64,000 bases of DNA. Source: Planctomycetota bacterium (GTDB lineage Bacteria; Planctomycetota; Planctomycetia; Pirellulales; Lacipirellulaceae). A model generated the notes under the pieces. That model was not told the DNA's origin. It saw only the letters and a program-made list of their open reading frames with translations, and did no database searches. The first letter of the stretch is position 1; each line of letters begins with the position of its first letter. This document shows positions 59,267 to 64,000 of the stretch, piece by piece. The stretch is from contig JAJDEE010000089.1 of NCBI GenBank assembly GCA_029259975.1, positions 1,083 through 65,082 of the forward strand. Reading direction: 5' to 3'. A program made the translations under genes and the position numbers.

Positions 59267-60034
59267 CTACAAGCGTGCCGCCAATTGCTCGACCTGCCCC
59301 TGCAAATTCGACACCAGCATATGCGGACTTGCCGCTTGGCTGGCGTGGTGATAGAAGTGCTGGCTCGACGCTACTTGGCTACCAGCGAGCGCGCCGGTTA
59401 TCTGTTCGATCTCGGCCAATTGCTGATCGACGCCGTGCAGTTGACGATTCACGCGCCGACCATTGCGCCACAGCCTCGCAGCCATCCAGGTGAGGCTAAG
59501 AATGAGCAACCCCTCGGCACCAATCGTCAGCGTCATGCCTTGCTGCCAAAGCAGCGGCAACTGAAACGCCGTCGACCAGGCGAGCAATCCAACACCACCG
59601 CAAAAGGTGAGAACGCCAACGCTCAGCAGCAAACTGAGCGACCAAGAAGTTTTGGTAGGCCTTTGGCCCGCTGTCGGCTCAGCCGCCGCGCGGTGTGTCA
59701 CGGTTTGCAGCGGTATCTGGGACGCCGCGAATGACAACGGCGTCGACCCTGCTCGCGTCACAGCTACTTTCGGTATTTCTTGTCGGTGCGGCGCGTGAAG
59801 TTTTTGGTCGATCGCGCGCAAACGCTGCCGCGTCTCTTCCTGCGCCAGCCAATCAATGGGCGGCGCAAGGCTATCTTCAACAGGCTGGTCAAACGATTCC
59901 AAAGCAATGCCCGCATCACTCGGAACAGTCGCTGCTGCAGGAGCCAACTCTTGCTGGCAGCGCGGACAAACCAAAGGCTCGCGCGCCGAACGGACGACCG
60001 CCGGCACGTCTTGTTGGCAATCAGTACACCACAT
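59267..60034 (-). CDS. Hypothetical membrane protein with N-terminal Zn ribbon
   Basis: MWC..CQQDVP...CPRC, two TM helices, coiled coil. Confidence 0.75.
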   Translation of the reverse strand: MWCTDCQQDVPAVVRSAREPLVCPRCQQELAPAAATVPSDAGIALESFDQPVEDSLAPPIDWLAQEETRQRLRAIDQKLHAPHRQEIPKVAVTRAGSTPLSFAASQIPLQTVTHRAAAEPTAGQRPTKTSWSLSLLLSVGVLTFCGGVGLLAWSTAFQLPLLWQQGMTLTIGAEGLLILSLTWMAARLWRNGRRVNRQLHGVDQQLAEIEQITGALAGSQVASSQHFYHHASQAASPHMLVSNLQGQVEQLAARL

Positions 60035-60143
60035 AAGCGTGCTATCACTTCCGAGAAGAGGGGAATGGCTTCTCGAAAATCATCGGCAAGCGGCAACGTT
60101 AAACTTTAACGATTACAACAACCCTGCCAGCTAGCTAGCACCG

Positions 60144-62117
60144 CTAATGATTGCCAGCGTCTCCCGCCGCTTGAGGTTTCGCCCGCACCCAGTCCCCCCG
60201 CAACCAATCGACAATCAAGCCCAACGTCTGATCGTCCAACTGATTGAGCTGCGGATTATCGTGCGGCGCAAACGCCGGCATCCGATCATTCAGGTCGCCA
60301 TAAAACCGCTCGTCTGCCGGGTTACGCAAGAAATCGATCATCCACTGCCGCGACATATAGCCGTCCAGCACGGGTGAGCCGATGTCTTGCTGCGCGCCGA
60401 ACGAGTGGCAATCGGTACAGCTGGTACCGCTTTCGAGCAGGTCAGCTAAGCCCCCTTCGATCAGCACGCGGCCTTCGGCAATCATCGCCGTGTCTTGCGC
60501 GTCCTGCTCTCGCTGCAAGGGCAGCGTCGCTTCGCAAGAAAGCGCGGCGGCGATTTTTTTGAGTGCGCCCTTGATCTCCGCTCGTTTGGCGTCGTTTAGG
60601 ACGCCGCCGAAACAATCATCCTGAACAAAAAGCACCATCTCGGTATTCTCGCCTTCGCCAGCAAAAGGCGAACCCTCATAGCCGAAGTAATCGGGCCCGG
60701 CAACTTGCTTGGGATCGAGCAGACCCTCGATCCACTTGCGCGAACCTACGCCGAATAGATTCGGAGCCGTCGGTTTTTCGTTGACTAAAAAAGCAATCGC
60801 CGGATCGGGCTGGTCACGGTCAACATAGCTGTGACAGCTCGCACAGTTCTGCGCAAATAACTTCGGTCCCTGCAAATACGGATCTTCGTAGACCAATGTC
60901 AGCGCCCCCGTCGGCGGTATCCCTTTCGTCTTGGCCAAGTCGACCACGCGCTCAGCGTGGTGAAGCGCATCGCGCTTTGCCCTCAAGAATTCTCGTGAGG
61001 CATTAAACGCGGCTTCATTTTCTGGCGTTGCGGTCAAGCCGCTCTCCTCGAACTTGGCGTCCGCGCTTCCCGCCAGCGTATCATCCTGAATCGCCTGCAC
61101 CGTTAGCATCGCTGCCCCGCCCAACAAAACGGCCAGCAGTGCCACGTTAAAAAAGTGCCCAACGCGCGAGCGGCCAATCCACGGCATCAAAAACAGCACG
61201 CCAACGATCAGTCCGGGAATTACAAAAGCTCCCCAAACCTCCAGTTCGCCCGGAAACCACTTCAAAAACTGAAACAAAAACAAAAAATACCACTCCGGCC
61301 GCGCAGCCGCGTAGTTGTTCGCCGGATCGGCAGGTGCCGTCAGCTCTGCCCCGCCTGTGTAAACAACAACGCCCATCACCGCCACCAAAATCCCCAGTGC
61401 AGCAACGCTATCCTTGAGCACTTGGTCTGGCCAAAACAGCACATCAGGCCCAGCCCGCGGCTCCTTGGGAGTTAATCCATGCCGCCGGAACAGCCACAGA
61501 TGCAGCACCAAAAATGCTACCAAGGCCCCCGGCAACACGCCTGCATGCAGAGCAAAAAATCGCGTCAGCGTGTGATGCCCGTAGCTCGAACCGCCCACTG
61601 CCAACTTTTTGATCGCACCACCCGCCATCGGCGTCTGACTGGCTAGCTCGGTGCCCACGTTCGTCGCCCAGTAGCCTTTCTGATCCCACGGCAATAAATA
61701 CCCCGTCAGCGACAGTCCCAACACGATCAGCATCAACACCAAACCCAACACAAAATTCAGCTCGCGCGGCGCGCGGTACGCCCCATCCCACACGATTTGC
61801 ACAAAATGGATCGCCAACAGCACCACCATCGCCGACGCCATAAAGTGATGAATTCCGCGCAACAGCCAACCGCCATTCATTTCGTGCTGGATGTAATAAA
61901 CGCTTTCCCAAGCCGTCTGCGTGCTCGGACTGTAAGCCATCCACAGAAAGATGCCGGTAATCACCTGCGTGACAAACGCCACTACCAGCGCGCTGCCCCA
62001 CACATACCGCCACCGCGCTCCACCCGGCACGCGTTCGTAGAGCGCCTCGCGCAAGACTTCTTTGATACCCGTTCGATGATCGAGCCAGTCAATCGAGTTA
62101 CTCACAATTTTTTTCAT
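60144..62117 (-). CDS. Cytochrome b (b6 plus subunit IV) fused to a dihaem cytochrome c domain
   Basis: R..HH, TGYLLPWDQ, RFFALH, PEWY; CASCH and CTDCH haem motifs; MPAF. Confidence 0.92.
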   Translation of the reverse strand: MKKIVSNSIDWLDHRTGIKEVLREALYERVPGGARWRYVWGSALVVAFVTQVITGIFLWMAYSPSTQTAWESVYYIQHEMNGGWLLRGIHHFMASAMVVLLAIHFVQIVWDGAYRAPRELNFVLGLVLMLIVLGLSLTGYLLPWDQKGYWATNVGTELASQTPMAGGAIKKLAVGGSSYGHHTLTRFFALHAGVLPGALVAFLVLHLWLFRRHGLTPKEPRAGPDVLFWPDQVLKDSVAALGILVAVMGVVVYTGGAELTAPADPANNYAAARPEWYFLFLFQFLKWFPGELEVWGAFVIPGLIVGVLFLMPWIGRSRVGHFFNVALLAVLLGGAAMLTVQAIQDDTLAGSADAKFEESGLTATPENEAAFNASREFLRAKRDALHHAERVVDLAKTKGIPPTGALTLVYEDPYLQGPKLFAQNCASCHSYVDRDQPDPAIAFLVNEKPTAPNLFGVGSRKWIEGLLDPKQVAGPDYFGYEGSPFAGEGENTEMVLFVQDDCFGGVLNDAKRAEIKGALKKIAAALSCEATLPLQREQDAQDTAMIAEGRVLIEGGLADLLESGTSCTDCHSFGAQQDIGSPVLDGYMSRQWMIDFLRNPADERFYGDLNDRMPAFAPHDNPQLNQLDDQTLGLIVDWLRGDWVRAKPQAAGDAGNH

Positions 62118-62232
62118 GGAACTACTATTCTAAACTGACTTAACGCTGTGAAGCCTACTTTAGGTGAGCGACCAACGAGAGCGGGCCATTTCAAATCGAG
62201 CAATAGCTCGCTAAGGCTGTGGCCCTGCCGCT

Positions 62233-62817
62233 TCATTCGCTTAATATCTTTTCGCTATGGCCTGTTTTGTAATCGACGAATGTCACCAACACCTCAGTCA
62301 CCGATTCGCTATCGGAAGCCGCGACTTGGTTCAACACGACTTCGAGCGTATCCATATCGCGCGGCGAAACTTCCTTGTCGCCATTGACTCGGCAGCCATC
62401 AATGTTGAATGAGCTTGTGTGGCAGGGGCATTTGAATTTTTGCTCTTCGGCAGAATAACCGACCGAGCAACCGGCGTGCGGGCACTTGGCGGTGAATGCG
62501 ACCGGCAGCTCGTCACCCGGTTGGCGAACCAGATAGACGGCGCCCACCTTTTGCTGCGAGTAGCTTGTCCAAGCATCCTGGCGATCGGCAACGACCCGAA
62601 AAAAATACGGGCGTCCATCGTCAGGCACCTGATCAAGCAGCGCTACGCGTACCTGCGGGCTTGCCGCCTTGCGAAACAGAGGCGACAAAAACGACAAAAT
62701 CCCGGCCCCAATCGGCCCCAACATTGCCAAACCACCTGCAAGAATCGCAATAAACGAGCGCCGATTCTTACCCGCATTGCTAATATCCGCTTGTGAATCC
62801 TGCTTCATTTCTGCCAT
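62233..62817 (-). CDS. Rieske 2Fe-2S protein of a bc-type complex
   Basis: Tat signal NRRSFI, CPHAGC, CPCH. Confidence 0.92.
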   Translation of the reverse strand: MAEMKQDSQADISNAGKNRRSFIAILAGGLAMLGPIGAGILSFLSPLFRKAASPQVRVALLDQVPDDGRPYFFRVVADRQDAWTSYSQQKVGAVYLVRQPGDELPVAFTAKCPHAGCSVGYSAEEQKFKCPCHTSSFNIDGCRVNGDKEVSPRDMDTLEVVLNQVAASDSESVTEVLVTFVDYKTGHSEKILSE

Positions 62818-62873
62818 CAACCGTTTCTCCGGGTTGGAATCGACGCTAGCGGTTTCGCACAACACGGCCTACA

Positions 62874-63872
62874 TCATCCCAACGCCGCGCGCACCGCGTC
62901 AAGCACCGCTTGCTGCGCTTGTTCAACGCTCCCCGGAAATGTCACCCCCGCAGCCGCTTTGTGCCCGCCGCCGCCAAACCGTGCCGCAATCGCCTGTACA
63001 TCAAAATCGGTCCGACTGCGCAAACTAACCTTCGTTTTGTCAGGCTCCAGCTCCACAAACAGCACTGCCACCTCGCTGCCCGCCACGGTATGCAACGCAT
63101 TGATCGCATCTTCAGTATCGGTGGTCAGAGCGCCCGTTTCACGAAAATCTGCTTGCGTCACGTGCGTCGAAAACAACCTTCCCTCGGCATCCGACACGAT
63201 GTTATCCAAAATCCGCCCGCGCAAATGCAACCTCGCAAGACTGTGCCGTTCGTAAAGCGCCGAAAAAATCCCCGGCGGATCGGCCCCCGCAGCCACCAGT
63301 CGAGCCAGCGCCAAAAAGGTTTCTTCTTTCACCGACGAAAAACGAAACCAGCCCGTATCAGTCGCGATCGCGGCAAACAGCGGCATCGCAATCTCCGGCG
63401 TGATCTCGACGCCCAGCGCTTCGCCCAGCTCCAAAATCAAACGCCCAGTAGCTTCGGCAGTCTCCTCCTTGAACTCAACCGCTCCCAAATCATCTTGGCT
63501 CACGTGATGGTCAACGATCACTCGTTCGCCCGGAAACGCTTTCACCACCTCAGCCATCGGCCCCAGTTGCACCCAAGCACTCGTGTCGACCACGATCAGC
63601 ACCTCGATCTTCCACAACTCCTTCGGCTGCACCGCCCCGTCCTGCCCCGACTGGCCCAGCACGCGCACCTGGCTTTCTGGATCGATAAACCCAATATGCT
63701 CCGGCACCGGATCGCCATTCGCAATCACCACCGTTTTGCCCAGCGCACGCAATATCTGCGCCAGCGCCAACTCGCTACCAACCGCATCGCAGTCAGCGCG
63801 GCAATGGCTCGTCAACACAAACGAATCGTGCGACTTGATAATTTCACAAAGAGGTTGCCAATCGATACTCAT
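62874..63872 (-). CDS. DHH/DHHA1 phosphoesterase (NrnA-like)
   Basis: H...D.DA.GS, VDHH, TDTG.F, SLRS, FGGGGH..AAG. Confidence 0.92.
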   Translation of the reverse strand: MSIDWQPLCEIIKSHDSFVLTSHCRADCDAVGSELALAQILRALGKTVVIANGDPVPEHIGFIDPESQVRVLGQSGQDGAVQPKELWKIEVLIVVDTSAWVQLGPMAEVVKAFPGERVIVDHHVSQDDLGAVEFKEETAEATGRLILELGEALGVEITPEIAMPLFAAIATDTGWFRFSSVKEETFLALARLVAAGADPPGIFSALYERHSLARLHLRGRILDNIVSDAEGRLFSTHVTQADFRETGALTTDTEDAINALHTVAGSEVAVLFVELEPDKTKVSLRSRTDFDVQAIAARFGGGGHKAAAGVTFPGSVEQAQQAVLDAVRAALG

Positions 63873-63922
63873 AAAATCCTTACTGAATTTAATCCATGCT
63901 GTTTAATGAGTCTGAAAAATCC

Positions 63923-64000
63923 TCACGCAAAGGCGCTAAGACGCAAAGAAGATTATGCGTTCTTTTTTCTTTGCGTCTTTGCGTCTTAGCGCCTTTGCGT
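63923..64000. repeat. TCACGCAAAGGCGC palindrome family, copy 3 (runs to the window edge)
   Basis: TCACGCAAAGGCGCTAAGACGCAAAG / CTTTGCGTCTTAGCGCCTTTGCGT. Confidence 0.88.

Noticed and set aside
62910-63989. Long antisense ORF (359 aa), and similar ones at 46463-47416, 37453-38316, 10447-11256 and 56918-57733
   Set aside because: They are shadows of well-supported genes on the opposite strand in GC-rich DNA and show no recognisable motifs.

Overview
A 64-kb bacterial chromosomal segment, almost certainly from a planctomycete of the Pirellulales/Lacipirellulaceae type. This rests on the DUF1559 prepilin-like protein, the many PEP-CTERM proteins with a [18 protein letters not shown] repeat, a BBP2-like porin, the futalosine menaquinone genes and an alpha2-type GlyRS. 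Housekeeping genes (guaB, hisF, pilT, DinG helicase, thiSG, mqnE/ubiA/ubiX/ubiE, glyQS, Rieske/cytochrome b-c, DHH phosphoesterase) alternate with accessory material. The most notable items are: (1) a ~17-kb locus in which six PEP-CTERM surface proteins (a DNase I-like nuclease, an endonuclease I and a lamin-tail protein among them) sit with two more EEP phosphoesterases, a DUF1559 protein and an orphan PhnD-like binding protein, suggesting a surface system for scavenging nucleic acid or organophosphate; (2) a tiny MITE family with ~25-bp terminal repeats and a TAA target duplication, whose two copies carry different palindromic cargo and one of which cleanly interrupts a nucleotidyltransferase gene; (3) a second PEP-CTERM array behind a correctly spaced sigma-54 promoter, with an activator lacking a regulatory domain and a stand-alone receiver protein; (4) a RAYT/REP locus among many unrelated palindromic repeat families; (5) a membrane-anchored PilB-like pseudo-ATPase coupled to pilT; (6) a decayed islet at tRNA-Arg(UCG). 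No CRISPR array, rRNA or integrase was seen. All functional calls come from recognising motifs by eye; no database search was run.
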